Position numbers and translations under genes: made by a program. 64,000 nt of DNA from a virus (taxonomy: Duplodnaviria; Caudoviricetes): the IMG/VR virus record IMGVR_UViG_3300046717_000225, positions 1-64,000 of that record; one strand, 5' to 3'. Below are positions 34,270-42,838 of this stretch, piece after piece; positions within the stretch are counted from its first letter, which is position 1, and each line of letters starts with the position of its first letter. The notes beneath the pieces are model-generated. The model was given only the letters and a program-made list of their open reading frames with translations, made no database searches and was not told the origin of the DNA.

Positions 34270-35354
34270 CCGAGCTGAAGGCGGGCATGGACTTCCGCCT
34301 CCCGGAGCACAGGAGGGAGGTTTTCCTGCGTTTCCTCCAGTGGTCGCACCAGCACAAGTCCTTCCCAGGAGGAGTGCATTACGTGCTCCCGTACCTGGCC
34401 AAGGCGCTCGAACTGGACCTTGAACAGAGGTACTGGCTGGCCTGGCTGAACGCGAACACACAGAACCCGGTGACGAGCCTGCTTCTGTTCAGGGCCGCGC
34501 CCCGGATGCAGGACCACGAGAAGGCGATCGACCTCTGGCGGACCCACTACCGGGCGCTGGACTGGGACACCGACCGCCGGTACCACAAGGCCCGGTTCGA
34601 GGACGCGGTACGCGGCTACGTCCGGGCGGTCGACTGCTCCTGCTCCGGCCCACAACACAGGTACTTCCGGGTCGGGTACGAGTGGCAGGCCTGGTGGGAC
34701 GTCGCGTTCGCCCTCCCGACCATGGGCAGGCTCAGCACCTGGAGCTATCTGGAGTACCTGCGCATTCTGCTCGGGCCGACCGTCGTTCCCGATGCGGACA
34801 CGCTGATGCTGGAGGACATCCAGGGCAGCCGGTCGCACCGCAACGGGCTCGCGCTCGTGCTCGGCCGGGACGAGTGGATCGTGGACAAGCAGCTCGGCTC
34901 CGGCCGCACGGACGCGGTCTGCACCCCGGACGTCCTGGCCGAACTCGGGTACGAGTCGAACGCCCTGTTCCTCCAGGCACGGGAGCGCATAGGCCCGGCG
35001 GCCGACCGTCTGAGCCTTGAGAGTGCGCTGTGCACGTACAAGAGCTGGCACAAGCCGAACCGCCGGTACCCGGGCGTGTACAACGACATGCTGTACAACC
35101 GGCTGGTCTCGGCCGAGAACCGGTGGGGCCAGCGGTTCGGGGTCATCTGGGACGCGCGTGCGGAGGCCCTGCCGGACAGGCTGCTCCTGGAGCGCTCGCC
35201 GTACGACCCGGGCCTGAGCCCGGTGAAGCAGAACTGGTACCTGGCTCATGGCCAGTGTCTGAATATGTCGGAGGAGTGGCCGTGCTTCCAGAACGACTTC
35301 GAGAAGACTGTCCAGAAGCACGGGTTCGGGGTCCGGGCACGGCCCTGGATCTGA
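34266..35354 (+). CDS. alpha-glutamyl/putrescinyl-thymine pyrophosphorylase (aGPT-Pplase)-like amino acid:DNA transferase
   Basis: YWLAWL, DWDTDRRYHK, MGRLSTWSYLEYL (HhH-glycosylase-like), SHRNGL, ESALCTYK. Confidence 0.82.
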   Translation: MTELKAGMDFRLPEHRREVFLRFLQWSHQHKSFPGGVHYVLPYLAKALELDLEQRYWLAWLNANTQNPVTSLLLFRAAPRMQDHEKAIDLWRTHYRALDWDTDRRYHKARFEDAVRGYVRAVDCSCSGPQHRYFRVGYEWQAWWDVAFALPTMGRLSTWSYLEYLRILLGPTVVPDADTLMLEDIQGSRSHRNGLALVLGRDEWIVDKQLGSGRTDAVCTPDVLAELGYESNALFLQARERIGPAADRLSLESALCTYKSWHKPNRRYPGVYNDMLYNRLVSAENRWGQRFGVIWDARAEALPDRLLLERSPYDPGLSPVKQNWYLAHGQCLNMSEEWPCFQNDFEKTVQKHGFGVRARPWI

Positions 35355-36211
35355 GGAACTGGCTGAGCCCGGTCGAAGATCGTGACGGCCGTCTGTACAA
35401 GCGCGAAGATCGCTGCGCCCTGCCCTCCGGCGTCAACGGGTCCAAGCTGCGCGCCTGCGATCACCTGATCCGTCAGGGAGCTGCGGCCGGCGCGCGCCGG
35501 GTCATCTCGGCCGCTTCCGTGCTCAGCCCCCAGAGCGCCATGGCAGCCATCGTCGCCGCCCGGTACGGGCTGGGCTGCACGGTCGTGCTCGGGGGCACAT
35601 CGCCCCGGACTGCCTTCACGCACCGATCGCCCGCCCTCGCCCGGGAGTACGGCGCGCAGTTCGAGTTCGTGGGCGTCGGGTACAACCCGGTGCTCCAGGC
35701 ACATGCTGAGAAGCTGGATCGCTCGGACCCGCTGGCCTACTGGCTCCAGTACGGCATCACGACCGCACCGGACGCGAGCGCCCGGGAGGTGCGCGCCTTC
35801 CACCGGATCACAGCCGACCAGTGCGCCAACCTGCCGGAGGGCATCAAGACCCTCGTCGTCCCGTTCGGCTCGGGCAACACCGGGGCGGGCGTACTCATGG
35901 GCCTGAACCAGCACGCACCACGTTCCCTGGAGAAGGTCGTCCTCGTCGCCATCGGACCGGACCGGCGCTCCTGGCTGCGGCACCGGTTCGAGTACATGGG
36001 CGTGAGCCTGCCCCGCTACCGTGTCATCGACCTGCACGGCTCGGGCTACGCCGCCTACGGCGACCGCATGCCCGGTACGGCGGACGGGATCGTGCTCCAC
36101 CCGACGTACGAGGGCAAGGTGGTCCGCTACCTGGACGCGAAAGCCCCGGACTGGTGGGTGCGCCGGGACGGCACGACCTGCCTCTGGATCGTAGGAGGAC
36201 CGCTCAAGTGA
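35282..36211 (+). CDS. fold-type II PLP enzyme (ACC deaminase/D-cysteine desulfhydrase-like)
   Basis: YKRED...GVNGSKLR (PLP lysine), VPFGSGNTGAG, LHPTYEGK; start inferred from GGAGGAG RBS. Confidence 0.82.
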   Translation: MLPERLREDCPEARVRGPGTALDLRNWLSPVEDRDGRLYKREDRCALPSGVNGSKLRACDHLIRQGAAAGARRVISAASVLSPQSAMAAIVAARYGLGCTVVLGGTSPRTAFTHRSPALAREYGAQFEFVGVGYNPVLQAHAEKLDRSDPLAYWLQYGITTAPDASAREVRAFHRITADQCANLPEGIKTLVVPFGSGNTGAGVLMGLNQHAPRSLEKVVLVAIGPDRRSWLRHRFEYMGVSLPRYRVIDLHGSGYAAYGDRMPGTADGIVLHPTYEGKVVRYLDAKAPDWWVRRDGTTCLWIVGGPLK

Positions 36212-36228
36212 CCAAGGAAGAGGAACTC

Positions 36229-36762
36229 ATGACTGAGCGTTACACACCCCAGCCCGGGGACATCGGCCTGACCACGATCTCCGGCGCCGGGGGCAAGCTC
36301 ATCCGCCTCGGCCAGTGGCTCAACGGGGACGGCTGGAAGGCCCAGCAGCATGCCTTCGTCGTCACGGAGTACCGGCAGGGCCTGGACCTGAAGAATCTCC
36401 CGAACCCGCCCTGGATCGTGGAGGCGATGCCCGGCGGGGCGCAGCACGTCAAGAACTGGCACACGGACTGCGTCTATCTGCGTTGCCCGGACGAGTACCG
36501 GGACGCGGTCGCAGCTGCGGCGCGCGGGTACGTGGGTGTGCCGTACTCGTTCCTGGACTACGGCGCGCTGGCCCTGCACCGGTTCCACATCCCCACCCCG
36601 CACCTGAAGCGGTTCATCGCCGACGGGGGCCATCAGATCTGCTCCCAGCTGGCCGATCAGTCGGCAGCCGATGGCGGCTGGAACCTGTTCCAGAACACCT
36701 GGCCCGGGGACATCACTCCTGGGGACCTGGCCCGGCTGTACCGGAAGCAGGTGTACGCATGA
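36229..36762 (+). CDS. permuted papain-like (NlpC/P60, YaeF/YiiX-type) enzyme
   Basis: PQPGDI, HAFVV, VEAMPGG, GVPYS, ICSQLA (His precedes Cys). Confidence 0.7.
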   Translation: MTERYTPQPGDIGLTTISGAGGKLIRLGQWLNGDGWKAQQHAFVVTEYRQGLDLKNLPNPPWIVEAMPGGAQHVKNWHTDCVYLRCPDEYRDAVAAAARGYVGVPYSFLDYGALALHRFHIPTPHLKRFIADGGHQICSQLADQSAADGGWNLFQNTWPGDITPGDLARLYRKQVYA

Positions 36763-37349
36763 TCAACCACATGCTCTACATCGCGGGCCCGCCTGGCGTC
36801 GGCAAGTCGACCCTCGCCCGGGAGCTGACGGCCGGCTGGGACCGGGAGCTGATGGCGCACCACCCCGTAGTGCCCCATGTCCGTCTCCGGCACCCGGTCT
36901 CCGGCCTGAAGATCGGCCTGGAACTCGGCGTGCCCCGGCCTGCCTTCCCGGGCACGGACGCGCTCAGCATGAGCATCGGTCCGGCCGCGCTCCAGTTCCT
37001 TCTCGACCGGACGAGTGCTTTCCCCTTCGCCCTCGGAGAGGGCTCACGGCTCGCCACGCGCCCGTTCCTGGGCGGGCTGGTGGCAGCGGGCGTCCGGCTC
37101 ACGTTCGTGTCTCTGAGCGCGCCACAGGAAGTCCTGGACTACCGCTGGAAGGTCCGGGGCGGGAAGCAGAACCAGAGCTGGCGCAAGGGCGCGGCCACCC
37201 GGGCGGAGCGGATGTTCGAGTGGGCGCTGCTCACGGACGGGGTCCGGACCGTCCGGTCGGAGTCCGTGGACCGTACGGACATGACCGAGATCGCCGACGA
37301 GGTCCGGGACGCGTTCCCGCTCATCGACCTGAGGGAGAGTGCAGCGTGA
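36759..37349 (+). CDS. P-loop nucleotide/hydroxymethylpyrimidine-DNA kinase
   Basis: IAGPPGVGKST, GTDALSMSI, GEGSRL. Confidence 0.82.
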   Translation: MINHMLYIAGPPGVGKSTLARELTAGWDRELMAHHPVVPHVRLRHPVSGLKIGLELGVPRPAFPGTDALSMSIGPAALQFLLDRTSAFPFALGEGSRLATRPFLGGLVAAGVRLTFVSLSAPQEVLDYRWKVRGGKQNQSWRKGAATRAERMFEWALLTDGVRTVRSESVDRTDMTEIADEVRDAFPLIDLRESAA

Positions 37350-37369
37350 TGCGGCTCAAGGTACGCTGA
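37346..37369 (+). pseudogene. orphaned original N-terminus of the TET/JBP gene (M-M-R-L-K-V-R-stop)
   Basis: coupled to the kinase stop, with RBS; parallels VSLRIR, which precedes SRISKEE at 37790-37807. Confidence 0.55.
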
Positions 37370-37374
37370 CCCTT

Positions 37375-37794
37375 ATGACAAAGGTGATCTATGGTCTCGT
37401 TGACCATGAGGGCGTTACCCGGTACGTAGGGCAGTCGGGGGAGGCGTTCTCTCGGCTGGAGTACCACATATCCAGATCCTTCCGGGAACGGAAGGAGGAC
37501 CGGACCCCAGCACAGCAGTGGGTCTGGGACCAGATCGTGGTCCATCGGCACGTCCCGGGGATAGATCTCCTGGAGTTTCCGGAGGATGCAGAGGCCAATG
37601 CTGCGGAGCGCCGGTGGATAGAGCATTACGGTTATGAGCAGCTCACCAACACCTCGTACGCGGAACGCTTGGCCAAGGCACGTCCCAAGCTGAGTGCGGC
37701 CACACTGGGCCGGAAGGACAGTGCAGCAACCAAGAAGCGCAAGAGCGAGAGTGCAAAACGAGCCTGGGAGAAGCGCCGTGCAGCCGATCGTTAG
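37375..37794 (+). mobile_element. GIY-YIG homing endonuclease gene
   Basis: VIYGL...RYVGQS...RLEYH...EANAAERRWI, NUMOD3-like tail; lower GC3. Confidence 0.85.
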
Positions 37795-38683
37795 TCTGAG
37801 AATCAGGTCGCGCATCTCCAAGGAGGAGCTGGACCTCAAGGTCGGCAAGGTGATCGGCGACGACGCGTACAACGTCCTGCTCACCGGGCCGACCCGGGTT
37901 TATATGCCGAACGGGAAGATCCTGTGCGTGTACCTGCCCGGGGCGCTCAAGGACCACGTGACCGAGGAGCAGTACGCGGTGCTGCACTCGCTGCGCTCGC
38001 ACAAGACCGACTCCCGGGGGCAGGCCTCAGGCAGTCAAAGTGTGGTGAGAACGGGCGAGCAGCGGACGCGGAGATTCCTGCCCGTCAGCTCCAGCATCCT
38101 TGGCTCCTTCGACCCCAATCTCACGTTCAAGTTCTGCCGCACCACGGCCTGGACCGGGCGTCACGTTCCGGAGTGGGACACGCTGCGCCCCCTGCTCCAG
38201 CAGGTCGCCGGTCACATGGAGCAGCAGGTGCCCGACCGGTACGCGGCGCAGATGGCCGAGATCGGCCGGACGCATCCGGACTGGGTCGTGCCCGGTACTC
38301 CGTTCACTACCCTCACGGTCAACAACACGTACCCGACCGGCGTGCACACCGACAAGGGCGACCTGGACGCCGGCTTCAGCACGATCGCCGTGCTGCGCCG
38401 GGGGAGCTACACCGGGGGCCGGTTCGTGTTCCCGGAGTTCCGGGTCGCGGCCGACCTCCAGGACGGGGACCTCATCCTCATGGACGCGCACCAGTGGCAT
38501 GGGAACACGGCCCTGGTCTGCGCCTGCGGCGAGAAGAGGGCCAAGATGTGTGAGGCCTGCGGGGCCGAGAGGATCAGCCTGGTCTCGTACATGCGCACGG
38601 CCATGACCAGCTGCGGAAGCGAAGAGGAGGAGAACCAACGCGCCGTGGAATACCGTGAAAGGACCAAGGGAGTGATCAGGTAG
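37778..38683 (+). CDS. TET/JBP-family 2OG-Fe(II) dioxygenase
   Basis: PFTTLTVNNT, GVHTDKGD (HxD), WHGNT, RISLVSY. Confidence 0.85.
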   Translation: MQPIVSLRIRSRISKEELDLKVGKVIGDDAYNVLLTGPTRVYMPNGKILCVYLPGALKDHVTEEQYAVLHSLRSHKTDSRGQASGSQSVVRTGEQRTRRFLPVSSSILGSFDPNLTFKFCRTTAWTGRHVPEWDTLRPLLQQVAGHMEQQVPDRYAAQMAEIGRTHPDWVVPGTPFTTLTVNNTYPTGVHTDKGDLDAGFSTIAVLRRGSYTGGRFVFPEFRVAADLQDGDLILMDAHQWHGNTALVCACGEKRAKMCEACGAERISLVSYMRTAMTSCGSEEEENQRAVEYRERTKGVIR

Positions 38684-38704
38684 CGTCCACGGAGGGTAAG
38701 GATC

Positions 38705-39334
38705 ATGGACCCGCACAGTGCCGGTGATCACGCCTCGGTCGAGGCCCGCCGCTGGAAGGCCGTCACCCTGGCCAACCGGGGCCTCACGCACAAGATGATC
38801 GCGACGGAGATGGCCGAGGAGTACCGGCGGCACAACCCCCGGCTGACCCTGGTCCAGATCGAGAGCCACGTCGGAGTGGACATCACCCGGGCGCTCAAGG
38901 ACTACCGCAAACGCGCGGATCAGGCCATCGAGGAGAAGCTGACCGCAGCCTCGCTGCGCCTCAACGAGATCCGCCGGCGCCTGTTCGCGGTCATCGTGGG
39001 CAATCATTACGTGCTGCACTCGGGGGAGATCGTCAAGGACGGGGACGGCCGCCCCCTCCAGGACGCCGCTCCCGTGCTCGCAGCCCTGGCGCAGCTCCGC
39101 GCCCTGGAGGAGCAGCAGGCCCGGATGGAGGGCACTAACGCCCGGGAGAAGATCGACATAGCTCTCGGCCGCCGGGTGGACGAGGAGGCGATGGACGTCA
39201 CAGAGGCGATCCTCGCCGCGTTCGCCGCCCTGCCCGAGCTGGAGCCTGCCCTGCGTCAGCGGGCGCTGGAAGCCGCCGGCGCCCACCTGCGTACCATCGA
39301 GGGCGAAGTCATCGCTGACGTGGAGGAACCGTGA
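38705..39334 (+). CDS. terminase small subunit-like HTH protein
   Basis: AVTLANRGLTHKMIA, ALAQLRALEEQQARMEG. Confidence 0.65.
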   Translation: MDPHSAGDHASVEARRWKAVTLANRGLTHKMIATEMAEEYRRHNPRLTLVQIESHVGVDITRALKDYRKRADQAIEEKLTAASLRLNEIRRRLFAVIVGNHYVLHSGEIVKDGDGRPLQDAAPVLAALAQLRALEEQQARMEGTNAREKIDIALGRRVDEEAMDVTEAILAAFAALPELEPALRQRALEAAGAHLRTIEGEVIADVEEP

Positions 39335-40179
39335 CCGTCACCCCGTACCCGCTCGGCCGTGTGCAGTACCACGACCCCCGTAACGCACAGCCGCAATACG
39401 CGGTAGCTGAGCTTCCCCGTCGCGCGCTCAAGTCCGTGGACTGGCACCGTCGTGCTCCGATCTTCGATCAGGGCCAGCTCGGGTCCTGCGTCGGCAACGC
39501 GGCCGTCGGCTGGGTCGGTACGGACAATGTGACCCGACAGGGGCGCACGTTTGTCGACGTCAGTTCAACCACAGCCATGGCAGCCTTGACCGGGGATGCT
39601 CGCCTGGATACTGGATCCGGTCCAAAGGTATTGGCCACGGTCCCCGTGGACGAGGCACTAGCGGTCCGTGACTACGCCTTCGCCACCGGCCTGGACACCT
39701 TCAGCGGTACCTACCCGCCCGACGACACCGGTACGGACGGCCCCTCCGGCGCGAAGGCTCTGGTCAAACTGGGCCTGGCCGGGAAGTACACGCACGCGTT
39801 CTCCCTCGCCGCGCTCCAGGCCGCGCTCCAGCTCGGTCCGGTCATGTGGGGCACGGTCTGGTACAACTCGATGTTCGACCTGAACTCGTACAACCACCTC
39901 GTGGTGGACGAGAATTCGGGCGTTGCTGGCGGCCACGAGCTGCTCATCGTCGGGTGGGACACGGCCACGGACGTCTACAAGATCGCGAACTCGTGGGGAA
40001 CCAGTTGGGGAGAGGCCGGGTACTGCTACGTCAACACTCCGGACCTGACCTACCTCGCGGCACAGGGCGGGGACTTCACGCAGCCGGTCGATCTCGCCGC
40101 TCCGGCCCCGTCCGTTGTCACGGCTCAGAAGTTCTACGATCAGATCAAGGCCTCCGCCACGGCAGGAGGGCTGAAGTGA
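39331..40179 (+). CDS. papain-family (C1) cysteine peptidase
   Basis: DQGQLGSCVG, GGHELLIVGWD, ANSWGTSWG. Confidence 0.88.
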   Translation: MTVTPYPLGRVQYHDPRNAQPQYAVAELPRRALKSVDWHRRAPIFDQGQLGSCVGNAAVGWVGTDNVTRQGRTFVDVSSTTAMAALTGDARLDTGSGPKVLATVPVDEALAVRDYAFATGLDTFSGTYPPDDTGTDGPSGAKALVKLGLAGKYTHAFSLAALQAALQLGPVMWGTVWYNSMFDLNSYNHLVVDENSGVAGGHELLIVGWDTATDVYKIANSWGTSWGEAGYCYVNTPDLTYLAAQGGDFTQPVDLAAPAPSVVTAQKFYDQIKASATAGGLK

Positions 40180-40475
40180 GCGAGATCGAAGATCGGTTCA
40201 AGATGACGCCCGAGGAGTTCTTCGAGCAGCAGGCCGGGCAGGTGTACCACTTCACCGCCGTGCACGACGACCGGTACGTGTGGCAGGAGGTCACGCCGCA
40301 GAACCTGGAGCAGATGCCTCAGTCGGTCCGGAACCAGGCTCCGGGCTGGCCCCTGGTGGACGGGAAGACGACCTGGTCCGACTTCCGCCGCTACCGCATC
40401 ACCGGCTGCGCGCACCGTGCCTACGGTCCGGACGGACTCTGCTTCACCTGCGGGTTTGGACCAGCCGAGATTTAG
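40176..40475 (+). CDS. hypothetical protein
   Basis: GTGA overlap; CAH...CFTC. Confidence 0.6.
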   Translation: MSEIEDRFKMTPEEFFEQQAGQVYHFTAVHDDRYVWQEVTPQNLEQMPQSVRNQAPGWPLVDGKTTWSDFRRYRITGCAHRAYGPDGLCFTCGFGPAEI

Positions 40476-40613
40476 GTAAATACTCAGCAGAGTCCTGGAC
40501 CCGTGGCGATGCGACCCACAGGAATGTCGGGGCTGGCGTCCTCCGGAGGGAGCGGGTGGGTCCGCAAGGGACCGGAGGGCGCCACACCAACCCAGACCAA
40601 GGACCAAGATCTT

Positions 40614-41174
40614 ATGCCAACTGCGCCGCTGCCGCTACCCGAGCTGGAACGTGACGTCCTCTGGATGGCGTCGCAGGGCTTTCGGTCCTCCGCCATCGCC
40701 AAGCAGCACCACATGAGCGAGGGCGGGGTCAAGAACATCTACTGGCGCATCACGCATCGCCTCGGCACCCGCAACCTGGTCCACTCCGTGGCTCACGGAA
40801 TCATCACGGGCATCATCGGCCCGTACCGGGACTGCGGGGAGCGCCGGGCCTACCTGCGTCATCTGCGCCGTGGCGAGACCCCGTGCGTGGCCTGCCGCCT
40901 GGCGAACGCCACCTACGTTTCAGCCCAGTGCAACGCACCGTTGCCTGCCGATGCCGGGCTCACGCCCACGCAGACCCGCGTGCTCCGGTACCTGTACGAG
41001 CACGACTGCTCCCAGAGCGAAGCAGCCCAGGGCCTGAGCATGGACCGCAAGCGCGTGGCCTCGCACATGTCCGCCGTGTACCAGCGCCTCGGCGTGTTCC
41101 ACATGCACCGCTACGACCGCATGCGCGCGGCGATAAAGATCGCGAAAGATCGCGGCTACCTGGAGGAGAGCTGA
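40614..41174 (+). CDS. double LuxR-type HTH regulator with central Zn-like motif
   Basis: ERDVLWMASQG...IAKQHHMSEGGVKN; CGERRAYLRH...PCVAC; LTPTQTRVL...AAQGLSMDRKRVASHMSAVYQRLG. Confidence 0.78.
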   Translation: MPTAPLPLPELERDVLWMASQGFRSSAIAKQHHMSEGGVKNIYWRITHRLGTRNLVHSVAHGIITGIIGPYRDCGERRAYLRHLRRGETPCVACRLANATYVSAQCNAPLPADAGLTPTQTRVLRYLYEHDCSQSEAAQGLSMDRKRVASHMSAVYQRLGVFHMHRYDRMRAAIKIAKDRGYLEES

Positions 41175-41725
41175 TGTCAAGCACGGAGTCCGACCACCTG
41201 CCCGAGTCCTGGTTTAACGAGATCGGCAGCGACGACTGCCCGCACGGTGCCGAGCCCGACGACGAGAACACCCCGGAGTGGGAGGCCTGGTACGACCTGA
41301 CGTCCGCCCGTCACACCGGCAGCCCGCAGGACGTCCGCATCTGCCTCGACGCCCCCGTCGGGAAAGCGTGCGGCGTCTGCTCCGAGAACGACGGCGAGTT
41401 CGTGCCGTGGGAGGCCTGCCGTCTTCGAGACCGCGCCCGCCGCGAGGAGATCCCCGCTGCCGAGCAGCCCGTCCAGCACCGCCCCGTCACCGTGCACGTA
41501 GGCACCGCCGACTGCCTGGAACGCGAGTGTGAGGAGTACTACACCGAGGACGGCGAGGAGATTCCCAGCAAGGAGCGCTGCTCGCACCTGCGGGAGGAGC
41601 AGATCTGCGAGGCCTGCTCCGAGACGCCCCTTGATGACGGCGAGTACCCGGCCGTTGTCGCGTGGGCCGACTGCGCGCAGCGGGCTGCCGTCCGGGCGCT
41701 CACGGAGACCGACCACCCTGAGTGA
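41174..41725 (+). CDS. acidic Cys-rich protein
   Basis: coupled start; several CxxC motifs. Confidence 0.65.
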   Translation: MSSTESDHLPESWFNEIGSDDCPHGAEPDDENTPEWEAWYDLTSARHTGSPQDVRICLDAPVGKACGVCSENDGEFVPWEACRLRDRARREEIPAAEQPVQHRPVTVHVGTADCLERECEEYYTEDGEEIPSKERCSHLREEQICEACSETPLDDGEYPAVVAWADCAQRAAVRALTETDHPE

Positions 41726-41788
41726 ACCTCTGCCCTGTCTTTTGGTAGCACGGTGTAAAGCCGTTACCGTGCGGGCGGAGGTGGTCAC

Positions 41789-42838
41789 ATGGCCGCGCAC
41801 AGGAAGCCGAAGGAGAAGCGCGCCCTTCTGGCGGGCGCAGTGGGGGTGAGCACAGTTGCCGTTGCCCTCACCGTGGGCAGCGGCAGTCCAGCCTCGGCCG
41901 CGAGCACGTCGACGTGGGACAAGGTGGCCCGGTGCGAGTCGGGCAATCAGTGGAGCCGCACGTTCAGCACGGGAGTTCCTCTGGGGGGCGGACTCCAGAT
42001 CAAGGACGCGACGTGGGCAGCGTACGGGGGGCTCAAGTACGCCCCTCATCCCTACCTCGCGACCAAGACGCAGCAGATCGCAGTGGCGGAGAGAGTCCTG
42101 GCGGGACAGGGAGCCCAGGCGTGGGCATGCGCGCCTCAGGCCGGACTGACGACGTCACAGGCAGCCCCTCGCCCCCTGCTTCGCAGTCAGGCAGCCCCGG
42201 CAGCTCCCCGAGCGGCAGCCCCGTCCAGCCGAGCGGCACGAGCAGTCGCCTACGCGATCAGCAAGATCAGCAGCGCCCCGTACCTGTGGGGCGGGAACGG
42301 GCCGACCCGCTTCGACTGTTCGGGCCTCACGTCCCAGGCGTGGCTGCATGCGGGAGTGCGTATCCCACGGACAGCGGTACAGCAGCTCCGGGGACTGCCA
42401 CGGGTGTCCCTCGGCTCGATCCGTCCGGGCGACCTGGTGGTCTACTCGTTCAACTCCTATGCGGATCACGTGGCGCTCTACGTGGGCTCGGGCAGGACGG
42501 TTGACACCGCCACGCACCACGTGAACTCAGGAGTCGGCTACAGCACGCTCCACCGGGCCGGAGGGACGATCGCCGGCGTGGTGCGCCCGTACGGGTCGAC
42601 GGCCCCGGCCCGGTCCGCCGCACCGCCGAAGGCGCACACGGAAGCCTCCGAAGGGGCGCAGCCCGTGGCCGCCGGTACGTACACCGTGGTCGAGGGCGAC
42701 TGGCTGACGAAGATCGCCCGTGCGCACAGGACGACCTGGCACGTGATCTACAGCCTCAACCGGGACCGGATACAGGACCCGGACCTCATCTATCCCGGCC
42801 AGGTGCTGCGCATGCCCGAGGGAGCGATGACCACGTGA
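41789..42838 (+). CDS. secreted Rpf transglycosylase-NlpC/P60-LysM peptidoglycan hydrolase (lysin)
   Basis: signal peptide; WDKVARCESG...GGLQI...TWAAYGG...QQIAVAERVL; YLWGG...FDCSGL...HVALY; YTVVEGDWL...PDLIYPGQVL. Confidence 0.92.
   Translation: MAAHRKPKEKRALLAGAVGVSTVAVALTVGSGSPASAASTSTWDKVARCESGNQWSRTFSTGVPLGGGLQIKDATWAAYGGLKYAPHPYLATKTQQIAVAERVLAGQGAQAWACAPQAGLTTSQAAPRPLLRSQAAPAAPRAAAPSSRAARAVAYAISKISSAPYLWGGNGPTRFDCSGLTSQAWLHAGVRIPRTAVQQLRGLPRVSLGSIRPGDLVVYSFNSYADHVALYVGSGRTVDTATHHVNSGVGYSTLHRAGGTIAGVVRPYGSTAPARSAAPPKAHTEASEGAQPVAAGTYTVVEGDWLTKIARAHRTTWHVIYSLNRDRIQDPDLIYPGQVLRMPEGAMTT

Noticed and set aside
37346-37810. Group I intron around the GIY-YIG ORF
   Set aside because: Only 5 nt lie between the mini-ORF stop and the endonuclease ATG, and its stop overlaps the downstream frame, leaving no room for a ribozyme core. 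No in-frame junction satisfies both a 5' U and an omega-G.
41726-41788. c-di-AMP riboswitch upstream of the Rpf gene
   Set aside because: The gap is only ~63 nt with one small hairpin (GCACGGT/ACCGTGC), too short for that aptamer.
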